From assembly GCA_002269645.1 (NCBI GenBank), contig NIVC01000073.1, forward strand, positions 496,001-560,000: DNA of 64,000 nt, given 5' to 3'. The notes under the pieces were generated by a model, which ran no database searches, had not been told where the DNA came from, and saw nothing but the letters and a program-made list of their open reading frames with translations. This document shows positions 25,974 through 38,086 of the stretch, piece by piece. This stretch comes from Macrostomum lignano (Eukaryota). Numbering within the stretch: position 1 is the first letter of the stretch; each line of letters opens with the position of its first letter. The position numbers and the translations under genes were made by a program.

Positions 25974-26097
25974 ATATTCGTACACTAATGCTTCTACATC
26001 TTCTGCCCAGCAGCCCTCCGCGTCTGTTAACTATAACAGCAGCACGCCTGGACAGCAAGCTATCTATCACAACTCCAACTACTACGGTTCCGCATAA
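24568..26097 (+). CDS. Candidate Mastermind-like protein, exon 2 (spliced product about 638 aa)
   Basis: Acceptor TTTTGCTCCCGCAG at 24567 is phase 0, in frame with exon 1. The long open frame has poly-Q/P/N/A tracts and acidic hydrophobic patches (DLPEDLASLFEP, LPEIHLLDGELD). Confidence 0.75.
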
Positions 26098-26168
26098 CTG
26101 CGTGTTTTACTACAACAGATCGTGTTTACTATTGGTTTTCTTGTTCTACGAGTATTATAGCTAAAGTA

Positions 26169-26797
26169 AGGTGTTGGGGCAGCTTGTGTGTACACGAATA
26201 GTGGATTCAATTCCGTCAGTGAGGCGTTGGGGAAGCTTGTGTGTACACGAATAGTGCATTCAATTCTGTCAGTGAGGTGTTGGGGCAGCTTGTGTGTACA
26301 CGAATAGTGCATTCAATTCCGTCAGTGAGGCGTTGGGGAAGCTTGTGTGTACACGAATAGTGCATTCAATTCTGTCAGTGAGGTGTTGGGGCAGCTTGTG
26401 TGTACACGAATAGTGCATTCAATTCCGTCAGTGAGGCGTTGGGGAAGCTTGTGTGTACACGAATAGTGCATTCAATTCTGTCAGTGAGGTGTTGGCAGCT
26501 TGTGTGTACACGAATAGTGCATTCAATTCCGTCAGTGAGGCGTTGGGGAAGCTTGTGTGTACACGAATAGTGCATTCAATTCTGTCAGTGAGGTGTTGGG
26601 GCAGCTTGTGTGTACACGAATAGTGCATTCAATTCCGTCAGTGAGGTGTTGGGGAAGCTTGTGTGTACACGAATAGTGCATTCAATTCCGTCAGTGAGGG
26701 GTTGGGGCAGCTTGTGTGTACACGAACAGTGCATTCAATTCCGTCAGTGAGGGGTTGGGGCAGCTTGTGTGTACACGAACAGTGCATTCAATTCCGT
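26169..26797. repeat. 53-bp minisatellite, about 12 copies with A/B alternation
   Basis: Units alternate GGTGTTGGGGCAGC...TTCCGTCAGTGA and GGCGTTGGGGAAGC...TTCTGTCAGTGA, giving a 106-bp higher-order repeat. Confidence 0.93.
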
Positions 26798-26910
26798 GAG
26801 TGGGAGAGCGTGGGGTGGTGGGTGCTACGATAGTGAATTTAGTGAATTCTTTTCTTCGTCCCGTGGACACAAAATCCTGCATTAGATAGATTTCATTTTA
26901 GTCAAACTCA

Positions 26911-27080
26911 AATTCTATTTCGTTTGCACTAGCTGAAATTGGATAATTAGATAATTATTATAGCCAGAGGCGCAATCGTATAATTGCCTTCGACACAAGT
27001 TATTCACTCATCTACTCTTTCATCTTGCCGACAGACACAGCCTTGAATCAAATTTCAGCTAGTGCATTCAAAATAGAATT
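26911..27080. mobile_element. Small MITE-like inverted repeat
   Basis: 30-bp IR AATTCTATTTCGTTTGCACTAGCTGAAATT at 26911-26940 vs 27051-27080, 3 mismatches. No clear TSD. Confidence 0.45.
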
Positions 27081-27639
27081 TACTTTTGCTGAAATAGAAT
27101 GAGAAAACCATTAGTAACGATATTAACTACATGTGTAACTACTACTAATTATTAGTAGCTTATTTAGAGTTTTATGTGTGCACTTGTATTTTATAACTAT
27201 ATGTTTATTATATTTTTACATAATATGTGTTTTTGCATGTTGCTATATACATTTTTTCAGTTGTACATTAGTAGTATAAGTAGTATACTTTGTGCAGTTT
27301 ATTAATCGCTTAATGTGTTTGAGTAATAGCGTCTATTGTTGTGCCGCCCTGTTTGCGACGGATTTATTGCTTCAAAGTCCCCCGCCAACGGGCCGCTCTG
27401 CTCTGCTAAATGTTAGAAAATAGAGCCATTTTCTGTTAAAATATGATTATTTAGCATATTCGAATTTATCCTGCTTTTCGCCGCTCTGTTTCTATTTTTT
27501 TTGCCTCGCTCGCTGCCGCCTTCGCGTATTTAATTGCACAGTTTCACTTCTTTGCGATCGAACCAGTTACCTATCTTAGATTTCTAATAGTCTTTCCGTT
27601 TTAATGAATTCATGGACCTATCGCCAACCTCCCTGATCC

Positions 27640-28146
27640 TCCCAGATCCTCAGTTGCTGGGCCAGCCTCCCAGATCCTCAGTTGCTGGGCCAGTCTCCGA
27701 AAGTCCTCAGATGCTGGGCCAGCCTCCGAAAGTCCTCAGATGCTGGGCCAGCCTCCGAAAGTCCTCAGATGCTGGGCCAGCCTCCCAGATCCTCAGATGC
27801 TGGGCCAGCCTCCCAGATCCTCAGATGCTGGGCCAGCCTCCCAGATCCTCAGATGCTGGGCCAGCCTCCCAGATCCTCAGATGCTGGGCCAGCCTCCCAG
27901 ATCCTCAGATGCTGGGCCAGCCTCCCAGATCCTCAGATGCTGGGCCAGCCTCCCAGATCCTCAGATGCTGGGCCAGCCTCCCAGATCCTCAGTTTCTGGG
28001 CCAGCCTCCCAAAGTCCTCAGATACTGGGCCAGCCTCCCAAAGGCGTCAGATACTGGGCCAGCCTCTCAAAGTCCTCAGATACTGGGCCAGCCTCTCAAA
28101 GTCCTCAGATACTGGGCCAGCCTCTCAAAGTCCTCAGATACTGGGC
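27640..28146. repeat. 28-bp minisatellite, dispersed family locus 2
   Basis: Same unit and orientation as 10425-11125. Confidence 0.95.
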
Positions 28147-28969
28147 ATATTACCCACAAACGAATCACCCTCCCCCCTCTATTCTACGCACTAACCCAAA
28201 CCAAGAGAAGTATTTAAAGCTTGTTAATTAAAAGATCAATTCTTATTTTAACAGCGTATTATTGTTAACTGTTTTTAATCATGCAATCATTGAGTGGCGT
28301 GCTTAATTGTTTAATTTTTCTTTACTGTCATCCAAGATTCTTGGATGAATTCTTGGACGCGTGTAGCAGCACTCATCTTCCGCATTCTGCTAATGCCCTA
28401 TTATCTCAATGTTGTTGCCTCTCTCGCTTCGTTGTACGAGTATTATGATTGTTAACAAACGCATGAATATTTTAATAAACCGTTTGTTAAGCTGTTTGCC
28501 ATTGTTTGCGCAATATGCTATTTTCATTTGTGTTGTTGAAAAAATATTTATTGTCGTCTGTTGTCCCCTCCTATGATGGAAGTATGCCTATGAATGTACG
28601 TCTCTTTTTTGTTTATCAATTCTTGCTTAGAATTGCTATACTTACTACTTACTTCATATACGAATAAGTAGCTAAAAATGTACAACTGCCGCATTGTACA
28701 TAGACTTTTCAGCGGCCACCTACCAGTTTTGGCCACAGGTTTTATCTTAGAAACACAATTTTGCACTGTCAAATTATGTATATGTTAATGCTAAATATGT
28801 GAAATTCGCTTAAAATGTACGTTTTACAAAATGCAAAACATGCATGTTTTATTTACAAATATTCAATCCAAACGGAAGTTTTCTTAAGTCTCCTTTTGTT
28901 TTTTACTGTTGAATAATTATGCTTGCTATTGTGAATTTGGATTCTGTTGCATGTGGTTATGATGTGCTG

Positions 28970-30022
28970 CGCCAGCCTCCCAGTTCCTCAGTTGCTGGGC
29001 CAGCCTCTCAGATCCTCAGTCACTGGGCCAGTCTCCCAGATCCTCAGTTGCTGGGCCAGCCTCCCAGATCCTCAGTCACTGGGCCAGTCTCCCAGATCCT
29101 CAGTCACTGGGCCAGTCTCCCAGATCCTCAGTCACTGGGCCAGTCTCCCAGATCCTCAGTCGCTGGGCCAGCCTCCAAGATCCTCAGTCACTGGGCCAGT
29201 CTCCCAGATCCTCAGTCGCTGGGCCAGCCTTCCAGATCCTCAGTTACTGGGCCAGCCTCCCAGATCCTCAGTTACTGGGCCAGCCTCCCAGATCCTCAGT
29301 TACTGGGCCAGCCTCCCAGATCCTCAGTTGCTGGGCCAGCCTCTCAGATCCTCAGTCGCTGGGCCAGTCTCCCAGATCCCCAGTTGCTGGGCCAGCCTCT
29401 CAGATCCTCAGTCACTGGGCCAGTCTCCCAGATCCTCAGTCACTGGGCCAGTCTCCCAGATCCTCAGTCACTGGGCCAGTCTCCCAGATCCTCAGTCACT
29501 GGGCCAGTCTCCCAGATCCTCAGTCGCTGGGCCAGCCTCCCAGATCCTCAGTCACTGGGCCAGTCTCCCAGATCCTCAGTCGCTGGGCCAGCCTCCCAGA
29601 TCCTCAGTTACTGGGCCAGCCTCCCAGATCCTCAGTTGCTGGGCCAGCCTCTCAGATCCTCAGTCGCTGGGCCAGTCTCCCAGATCCTCAGTTGCTGGGC
29701 CAGCCTCTCAGATCATCAGTTGCTGGGCCAGCCTCCCAGATCCTCAGTTTCTGGGCCAGCCTCCCAGATCCTCAGTTTCTGGGCCAGCCTCCCAGATCCC
29801 CAGTCGCTGGGCCAGTCTCACAGATCCTCAGTTGCTGAGCCAGCCTCCCAGATCCCCAGTCGCTGGGCCAGTCTCACAGATCCTCAGTTGCTGGGCCAGC
29901 CTCCCAGATCCTCAGTTGCTGGGCCAGCCTCCCAGAGTGTCAGTTGCTGGGCCAGCCTCCCAGAGTGTCAGTTGCTGGGCCAGCCTCCCTGTGTGTCAGT
30001 TGCTAGGCCAGCCTCCCAGTTG
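28970..30022. repeat. 28-bp minisatellite, dispersed family locus 3
   Basis: Same unit and orientation, about 37 copies. Confidence 0.95.
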
Positions 30023-30145
30023 CAAGTTTGATGACATCTCTTGAGCAGAATTCTTGTCGGCTAGCATACCGTAACTCACAAAATGTAGCTCGAAAACCTG
30101 ATAGAAACTAGATTTCCAATCAGGGTTAGTAATGATAATAATATC

Positions 30146-30148
<3 letters not shown>

Positions 30149-30197
<49 letters not shown>
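30149..30197. repeat. (AAT)n microsatellite
   Basis: About 16 perfect AAT units. Confidence 0.95.
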
Positions 30198-30274
30198 GCT
30201 CGTAATAATTGATTACACCTGCCCTAATGGCCAAATGTGCAACCGACAGCTTAGCCGCAGCTATTGCGCGGCGC

Positions 30275-30503
30275 ATCTGAAGGCTGCGTACGGCTGTTCA
30301 GTCCAAGGACTGGGTGGGCGTCGCCACACAGCCTCAATTACCCCAGCTAATGCTGGCACCCATTCTACAGCTGGATTAACTGAAGCAATGCAGAGTTAAA
30401 TATCCTGCTCAAGGGCACAAATTGTTTCAGTAGGATCGGGAATCGAACCCCCGACCTTTCAGTCGTGAATCCGACGCTCTAACCACTAGGCTACAACCTC
30501 GCC
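30275..30503 (-). mobile_element. tRNA-derived SINE with intact A/B boxes
   Basis: Minus strand reads GGCGAGGTTGTAGCCTAGTGGTTAGAGCG...GGGGTTCGATTCCCG, followed by the same body as 7941-8143. Confidence 0.85.
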
Positions 30504-31546
30504 AAGTCGCAAGTAAACAAGCAAAAATGAATGTTATAAATTAACTGTCAAATTGATTGCATAAAATAGTTCCGCATCTGTAATTGCGAGTAGAATCAGT
30601 TTTACAAAAATGAAGTAGCAGTAGAATATAACAAATTATCCGTGCTTAATTTGCACTGCTGTTGTGGTTATCTCAAAGCATTTTATTATTATATTGTTTC
30701 CTCACTGTAACAGTATTTAAGCTCAGAATTTCCCGCGTTCATGGTTTGGGTTGATGTACGTCCAGTGCTATATAATACTTTTCAGTAGTGGGAAGAAGCC
30801 AATGCGTTTTAGCGGGGGTTCATAGTCCATACCAATCTGCGAGGCCCTGCGATTACGTAATAGCCCTTACTAGGCAATACTGGAAATGGCAAGGCCCAGC
30901 CCAAGCGTGGTGATAGACAGAGCTTGGAACATTTAGAGAGAGAGAGATAGAGCGCGCGGAATAGTCAGTGTAGTGTTGTAAGAGCCAAGCCCATGTGGCC
31001 ATGTTGTGTTGACGATGACTCATCGCGGCCTCCCCGTGTTGCGTACGTTTAGAAGTTGGAATGGAGAGCGACGCTACTCTCCAATTTTCATTCCTTTTCC
31101 CTCTCGCCTCTCTTCCCCTCTCTGCCCGCCGTCCCCACTCCCAGCCAGAGTCGCATGACCCCGTCCGTACAAGCCGCCGCCCCTGCCCTGGGAGCTGAGG
31201 TCAAGGCTCCGCCGGCTCTGTACACTTGGGCTGTCCGACGGCGGGGCCTCTTACCCAACTGGATAACCCACCCACCCACCCACGCATGCAAGCGAGGGCA
31301 GAGAGGCTTAACACAGCTATAGTTATACCGAAGCAAATTCCAGGGACCAATCCGCTGAATATCTGCCTCCGTTCTCTTATACACGCCCCTCTCATTTTTT
31401 AGATCAGGATTAAATAGGGGACTTATACTTCGATTGTAAATAGATTTTAATCTATTTTGCTTTCTTAATTATTAAAATAGCCATGGTCAACGCTAAGGAA
31501 ACTGGTGTCAAAGACAAAGCGGGCTAACCTTAGCTGTTTAAACACA

Positions 31547-31897
31547 ATGTCCTCGTCTCAACCAGCTTGTCGACTCAGCTCGGGTTCGAGTCTTGTCAAG
31601 CTTGAACCGGTTGGCGTCGGCGGAGGTATGAACAGCGCCGCCTCCGACGCCTCCGACGCCTCCTTGCTAATGTTCAATTCGGTTGATTATTATTCGCAGC
31701 CGAGCTGCCTAGTGACCGGTTCGAATAGGGGCGATTGTATTGTTGGCCAGGTGGGCGGGACGGTGCCAGCCTCGGGTCTGGTGGCCGCTCACTACACTGA
31801 CGATGAGGATCAGCCTATGGTGACAGATCAACACGATGACGGTATCGATGCTGACTTGCCGTTGATCTCGTCGGCTCTGGTGGCAGATTACAGTCAG
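31547..31897 (+). CDS. THR: Thyroid hormone receptor, exon 1 (A/B domain)
   Basis: ATG at 31547 (MSSSQPAC...). Donor CAG|GTGAGT is phase 0 and matches the acceptor at 32477. Confidence 0.65.
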
Positions 31898-31960
31898 GTG
31901 AGTGCTAATTTACCTGTGCAAGTTTTCTGTGTCTAAAAGTTTGAAAGTTGTTAGTCCGCT

Positions 31961-32320
31961 GGTATTGCTGCTATCCAATGGGTATTGCTGCTATGCTGTG
32001 GGTATTGCTGCTATGCTGTGGGTATTGCTGCTATGCTGTGGGTATTGCTGCTATCCAATGGGTATTGCTGCTATCCAATGGGTATTGCTGCTATGCTGTG
32101 GGTATTGCTGCTATGCTGTGGGTATTGCTGCTATCCAATGGGTATTGCTGCTATGCTGTGGGTATTGCTGCTATCCAATGGGTATTGCTGCTATGCTGTG
32201 GGTATTGCTGCTATGCTGTGGGTATTGCTGCTATGCTGTGGGTATTGCTGCTATGCTATTGGTATTGCTGCTATGCTGTGGGTATTGCTGCTATGCTGTG
32301 GGTATTGTTGCTATGCTGCG
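31961..32320. repeat. 20-bp minisatellite in TR intron 1
   Basis: GGTATTGCTGCTATGCTGTG / GGTATTGCTGCTATCCAATG, about 18 copies. Confidence 0.95.
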
Positions 32321-32477
32321 GGTTGAGGGTATTGCTACACATGTTTCCTTCAGCGGGTATTGCTGTGGCCCCTCTGTTCCAGATAGTCCTTCAGAGGGCA
32401 GTCACTGTCATTCTACATCAAACAACTGATACATATAAAAATACATTCATGAAGTCTAAAATAATTTTCACAAACAG

Positions 32478-32905
32478 ACAAGCCTGTCCTGTAGCCAGCA
32501 GCAGCAGCAGCAGCATCAGCAGCACTATGCACAACAATCGGATTCCTTCTACGCAATTCCAACCGCAATGCAGCCAACCCTGCAACTGCCCGCCTCGCAA
32601 CAGCATCAGCACATTCATCATCATCAGCATCATCAGCATCATCAGCATCATCACCAGGGTCAGCTGCGAATTCAAGGCCCGATGCCACAGCCGCCGCCGC
32701 CGCCGCCGCCGCCGCTGTACGCACACGACGGGACGCTGACCGCAGTGGCAGCAGCGGCTGTTCCCAACGCCGCCACCGGCTGCTTCCTGCCGGCCTCGCC
32801 GCCGAACTCGTCGGTTTCGTCGTCGACTTCACCGACGGCGACTCCATCTGGCCTGATGCAGCAGCAGCAGCAGCGTCTTCAAGCTCAGTCAATCTACCTG
32901 CATCC

Positions 32906-32940
<35 letters not shown>

Positions 32941-33216
32941 TTGCGTCAATGCTGCCACCTAGAAGCAACACAGTCTATCTGACGCCTTCGTCTTCCATGA
33001 CAGCAGCTTCGAGTGCTGCTGCTGCTGCTGCTGCTGCTGGCCGTCAGCGAAGCCAGACGGTCAGCGGCGGCAGCGGCGGAGGCAGCAGCAGTGGTGGCGT
33101 CGGAGGAGGCAAACGAAGTCCCAGTCAGAAGCAGCAGCAGCAACAGCCGAGTACAACTACTCAAGACGAAAGCTCCGCTGCCAAAAATGGCCGCCGAGGA
33201 AAAACGAGAAACGGAA
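32478..33216 (+). CDS. THR: Thyroid hormone receptor, exon 2 (poly-Q/H/P/A A/B domain)
   Basis: Acceptor TTTTCACAAACAG (phase 0), open frame TSLSCSQQQ...GKTRNG, donor GGAA|GTGAGT (phase 1) matching the exon 3 acceptor. Confidence 0.8.
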
Positions 33217-33321
33217 GTGAGTGCACCCGTTATGAGCTGGTTTTATTCACAAGGAGTCTGTTTTTTAGTTTTTTGGTGGCTTTGTGGGATGAATGAGTTA
33301 AACTGTTCTGCGTTTTCGTAC

Positions 33322-34330
33322 AGTCATACAGTGGTTTGTCATTGCTCTCCATAATTGGGTCATACAGTGGTTTGTCATTGCTCTCCGTCATTGGGTGATA
33401 CAGTGGTTTGTCATTGCTCTCCGTCATTGGGTGATACAGTGGTTTGTCATTGCTCTCCGTCATTGGGTGATACAGTGGTTTGTCATTGCTCTCCGTCATT
33501 GGGTCATACAGTGGTTTGTCATTGCTCTTCATAATTGGGTCATACAGTGGTTTGTCATTGCTCTCCGTCATGGGGTCATACAGTGGTTTGTCATTGCTCT
33601 CCATCATTGGGTGATACAGTGGTTTGTCATTGCTCTCCGTCATTGGGTGATACAGTGGTTTGTCATTGCTCTCCATAATTGGGTCATACAGTGGTTTGTC
33701 ATTGCTCTCCGTCATTGGGTGATTCAGTGGTTTGTCATTGCTCTCCGTCATGGGGTCATACAGTGGTTTGTCATTGCTCTCCATAATTGGGTGATTCAGT
33801 GGTTTGTCATTGCTCTCCGTCATGGGGTCATACAGTGGTTTGTCATTGCTCTCCGTCATGGGGTCATACAGTGGTTTGTCATTGCTCTCCATCATTGGGT
33901 GATACAGTGGTTTGTCATTGCTCTCCTTCATGGGGTCATACAGTGGTTTGTCATTGCTCTCCGTCATTGGGTGATACAGTGGTTTGTCATTGCTCTCCGT
34001 CATGAGGTCATACAGTGGTTTGTCATTGCTCTCAGTCATGGGGTCATACAGTGGTTTGTCATTGCTCTCCGTCATTGGGTGATACAGTGGTTTGTCATTG
34101 CTCTCCTTCATGGGGTCATACAGTGGTTTGTCATTGCTCTCCGTCATGAAGTCATGCTGTGGTTTGTCATTGCTCTCCGTCATGGGGTCATACAGTGGTT
34201 TGTCATTGCTCTCCGTCATGAAGTCATGCTGTGGTTTGTCATTGCTCTCCGTCATGAAGTCATGCTGTGGTTTGTCATTGCTCTCCGTCATGGGGTCATA
34301 CAATGGTTTGTCAATACCCCATACAATGGT
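33322..34330. repeat. 36-bp minisatellite in TR intron 2
   Basis: Unit CATACAGTGGTTTGTCATTGCTCTCCGTCATTGGGT, about 28 copies. Confidence 0.95.
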
Positions 34331-34831
34331 CGGTCATTGCTTCGTCATGGGGTCATTGGGTCCTATTGTGAGCCTTCAACGAAGTAATTTTATATCGCTG
34401 TTACTACATACTTTTATACAAAGGTCTGTTTCAGCCAGTTTCCCAGCTTGCATGTAAATCGAGTTTAACAAGCGTCATCCGTCATTGCTTTTAGGGGTAG
34501 CATTTGCTCATCAATTTTTCTTTCACGAATTTTCGTCCCTACATGTATTCGGTGCAGCAGCTGTCAGCTGCTATGGACTATTGCTGTCACAGTATTCGTT
34601 GTGCTCCCAAACTGATTACGTAACGCCGAGGTTTGTTTAACTGATTGCAAGCTGTTGCGTCAAGGCCTTGTTTACTACGACAGTTTTTTCGTATCCATGG
34701 CCGAACTTGCTGCTTTTTGTAGATCTGAGAAATTCAACATCTGTTCTCGGGGCTTTCTGGGAGCCGTACGAAATTATTTATGGGCTGATAATAAATGACA
34801 TGTTGATCTGCCTCTACTCAAATACGAGAAT

Positions 34832-35088
<257 letters not shown>

Positions 35089-35100
35089 TCACACGCGCAG

Positions 35101-35216
35101 GCACGCCCTACATCCCAAGCTACATGGACCTGTCAAATGGACCCGAGCCGTGCATTGTGTGCAACGATGCCGCCACAGGATATCATTATCGTTGCATGAC
35201 CTGCGAAGGCTGCAAG
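35101..35216 (+). CDS. THR: Thyroid hormone receptor, exon 3 (zinc finger 1)
   Basis: [38 protein letters not shown]: TR-specific YIPSY.D motif, GYHYRC.TCEGCK and an EGCKG P-box. Confidence 0.97.
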
Positions 35217-35840
35217 GTGAGCTACTAATCATGTATTGCGACTACCTTGATATGTATTGTCGCACGATTGTCGGTGGATTTGATTTACATCCATAAGTGC
35301 CAACCCCATAGGTTTACCTATTCAAAAATCTTATTTTAAACAGTTCTTGCTCGTTAACCTTTTTTCCTTCTCTCCCTCAATCTATTTACTGCCGCGCATA
35401 TTACGTAACCGAATTTCATACAGTGTGCATATAGAATGCGTGCCGACCCCAGATTGCGTTGACAAGAGAAAGGACAAAATTCGAAATTCGAAACGAAAGA
35501 AAAGAGAGAGAGATTATATATAGAGAGAGAAAATAAGAAAAGGTTTTTATTGGCAGGTTCGTGACCTCGGCCAGTTTAAAACCTGCTTGTTGTTATTGCG
35601 TTTCAATTCTGCTTTTAGGGTTGGTGGGGTGGGTAAGGTGCAGCAACGCTCGATCGTTCTCAACGTGTCTTTTCCTGTGTTTTTCGCAGTGGCCTCCTTA
35701 GCTAGTTTGTAGCTGTTACACAATCTGGTTCCGAATCACAGGAAATTTATAGTCAATACAATTCTGAATAAATTTTTGTACTTTTAATAGTATATTCTGT
35801 AATTTGTAGTGTATTTCATCAAGATACTGTGACATAGGTC

Positions 35841-36255
35841 GTGGTTAACTCCGGTCATTCAGGTGTCACAGTAGTTAACTCAGGTCATTCAGGTGTCATA
35901 GTAGTTAACTCAGGTCATTCAGGTGTCATAGTAGTTAACTCAGGTCATTCAGGTGTCACAGTAGTTAACTCAGGTCATTCAGGTGTCATAGTAGTTAACT
36001 CAGGTCATTCAGGTGTCACAGTAGTTAACTCAGGTCATTCAGGTGTCACAGTAGTTAACTCAGGTCATTCAGGTGTCATAGTAGTTAACTCAGGTCATTC
36101 AGGTGTCATAGCAGTTAACTCAGGTCATTCAGGGGTCATAGTAGTTGCCTCAGGTCATTCAGGTGTCATAATAGTTAACTCAGGTCATTCAGGTGTCATA
36201 ATAGTTAACTCAGGTCATTCAGGTGTCATAATAGTTAACTCAGGTGTTATAGTAG
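35841..36255. repeat. 30-bp minisatellite in TR intron 3
   Basis: Unit GTAGTTAACTCAGGTCATTCAGGTGTCA(C/T)A, about 14 copies. Confidence 0.95.
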
Positions 36256-36370
36256 TCGATTCTAGTTCTATTGGTTTTTACTCTAGTAGTAGATTACTCT
36301 TAGTAGTCAAATGCTTAAAATCAATTTTTTAAAACAACATCAAGCACCGCGTGATCATTATTTATTGCAG

Positions 36371-36512
36371 GGCTTCTTCCGACGAACTATTCAGAAGAAT
36401 TTGCAATACCACTGCAAATGGAACGAGAGCTGCCAGATTGACAAGAACACGCGCAACCAGTGCCAGCAGTGCCGGTTTAGAAAGTGCCTGGCAATGGGCA
36501 TGGCTGCCGACT
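36371..36512 (+). CDS. THR: Thyroid hormone receptor, exon 4 (zinc finger 2)
   Basis: [47 protein letters not shown]. Acceptor TTGCAG, donor GACT|GTAAGT (phase 1). Confidence 0.97.
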
Positions 36513-36533
36513 GTAAGTCTGACTGTTGGATTT

Positions 36534-37630
36534 CAGAATTGGGACCTGTGATCCCATACTGATCAGAATTGGGACTTGTGATCCCATACTGATCAGAATG
36601 GGACCTGTGATCCCATACTCAGAATGGGACCTGTGATCCCTACCTCAAAATGGGACTTGTGATCCCTACCTCAAAATGGGACTTGTGATCCCATACACAG
36701 AATGGGACCTGTGATCCCTACCTCAAAATGGGACTTGTGATCCCTACCTCAAAATGGGACTTGTGATCCCATACTCAGAATGGGACCTGTGATCCCATAC
36801 TCAGAATGGGACTTGTAGTGTATTTCTTGTGATAGAGTACAGAATGGGACCTGTGATCCCTACCTCAAAATGGGACTTGTGATCCCATACTCAGAATGGG
36901 ACCTGTGATCCCTACCTCAAAATGGGACTTGTAGTGTATTTCTTGTGATAGAGTACAGAATGGGACCTGTGATCCCTACCTCAAAATGGGACTTGTGATC
37001 CCATACTCAGAATGGGACCTGTGATCCCTACCTCAAAATGGGACTTGTGATCCCTACCTCAAAATGGGACTTGTGATCCCATACTCAGAATGGGACCTGT
37101 GATCCCTACCTCAAAATGGGACTTGTGATCCCATACTCAGAATGGGACCTGTGATCCCATACTCAGAATGGGACCTGTGATCCCTACCTCAAAATGGGAC
37201 TTGTGATCCCTACCTCAGAATGGGACCTGTGATCCCATACTCAGAATGGGACCTGTGATCCCATACTGATCAAAATTGGACTTGTGATCCCATACTCAGA
37301 ATGGGACTTGTGATTCCTACCTCAAAATGGGACTTGTGATCCCATACTGATTAGAATGGGACTTGTGATCCCATACTGATCAGAATGGGACTTGTGATCC
37401 CATACTGATCAGAATGGGACTAGTAACCCCCCTTAATAAATACCTGGACTGGGGGCCTGTGACACCCCTCTTAATGAATCCGGACTGGGGGCCTGTGACA
37501 CCCCTCTTAATGAATCCGGACTGGGGGCCTGTGACCCCTCTTAATGAATCCGGACTGGGGGCCTGTGACCCCCCTCTTAATGAATCCGGACTGGGGGCCT
37601 GTGACCCCCTCTTAATAAATCTGGACTGGG
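36534..37630. repeat. Two minisatellite families in TR intron 4
   Basis: About 24-28-bp AATGGGAC(C/T)TGTGATCCC(A)TAC.. units at 36534-37420. About 33-36-bp CTTAATGAATCCGGACTGGGGGCCTGTGACCCC units at 37430-37630. Confidence 0.92.
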
Positions 37631-37729
37631 AACTCTTGATTTATTGATTCCATAGAAAAAATCATAGGGACTTACATAAACTCTCAAAATGAGTTCCCAA
37701 TGCTCCCTCTCCCCCCCCCCCCATCGCAG

Positions 37730-38064
37730 TGGTGCTCAACGAGAGGCAGCGAGTCGCCAAGCGGAAGCTCATCGAAGAAAATCGACAGCGTCGAAGCGCC
37801 GGCGAGCCTTGCAAGAAGCCGTCGGCAAAAGAGGAACTCCCCGCATCAGCGTCGGCTGCGTCGGCATCGGCTGCTCCTGGCGTCGGCGGCGGCTTCAGCT
37901 GCTGCGGCTCCGAGGACTCCTGGGACATCGGCGACGACGATCGAGCGATCATCGACGGCTTGGCCGCCTCCTATCGGCTGGCGTGGCCGACCCGTCTTGG
38001 ACAGTCACAGGCGCTGCCGTTGCCACTGTCGTCGTCAGATGAAATTAGCGGCGACGGTTTCGGG
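37730..38064 (+). CDS. THR: Thyroid hormone receptor, exon 5 (T/A box, hinge, helix 1)
   Basis: LVLNERQRVAKRKLIEENRQRR matches TR LVLDDSKRLAKRKLIEENR. Acceptor CATCGCAG (phase 1), donor GGG|GTAAGT (phase 0). Confidence 0.95.
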
Positions 38065-38086
38065 GTAAGTCATGCTGTTCAAACAC

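Noticed and set aside
30420-30503. tRNA gene on the minus strand
   Set aside because: It continues into a SINE body shared with 7941-8143 and has no proper acceptor stem or terminator.
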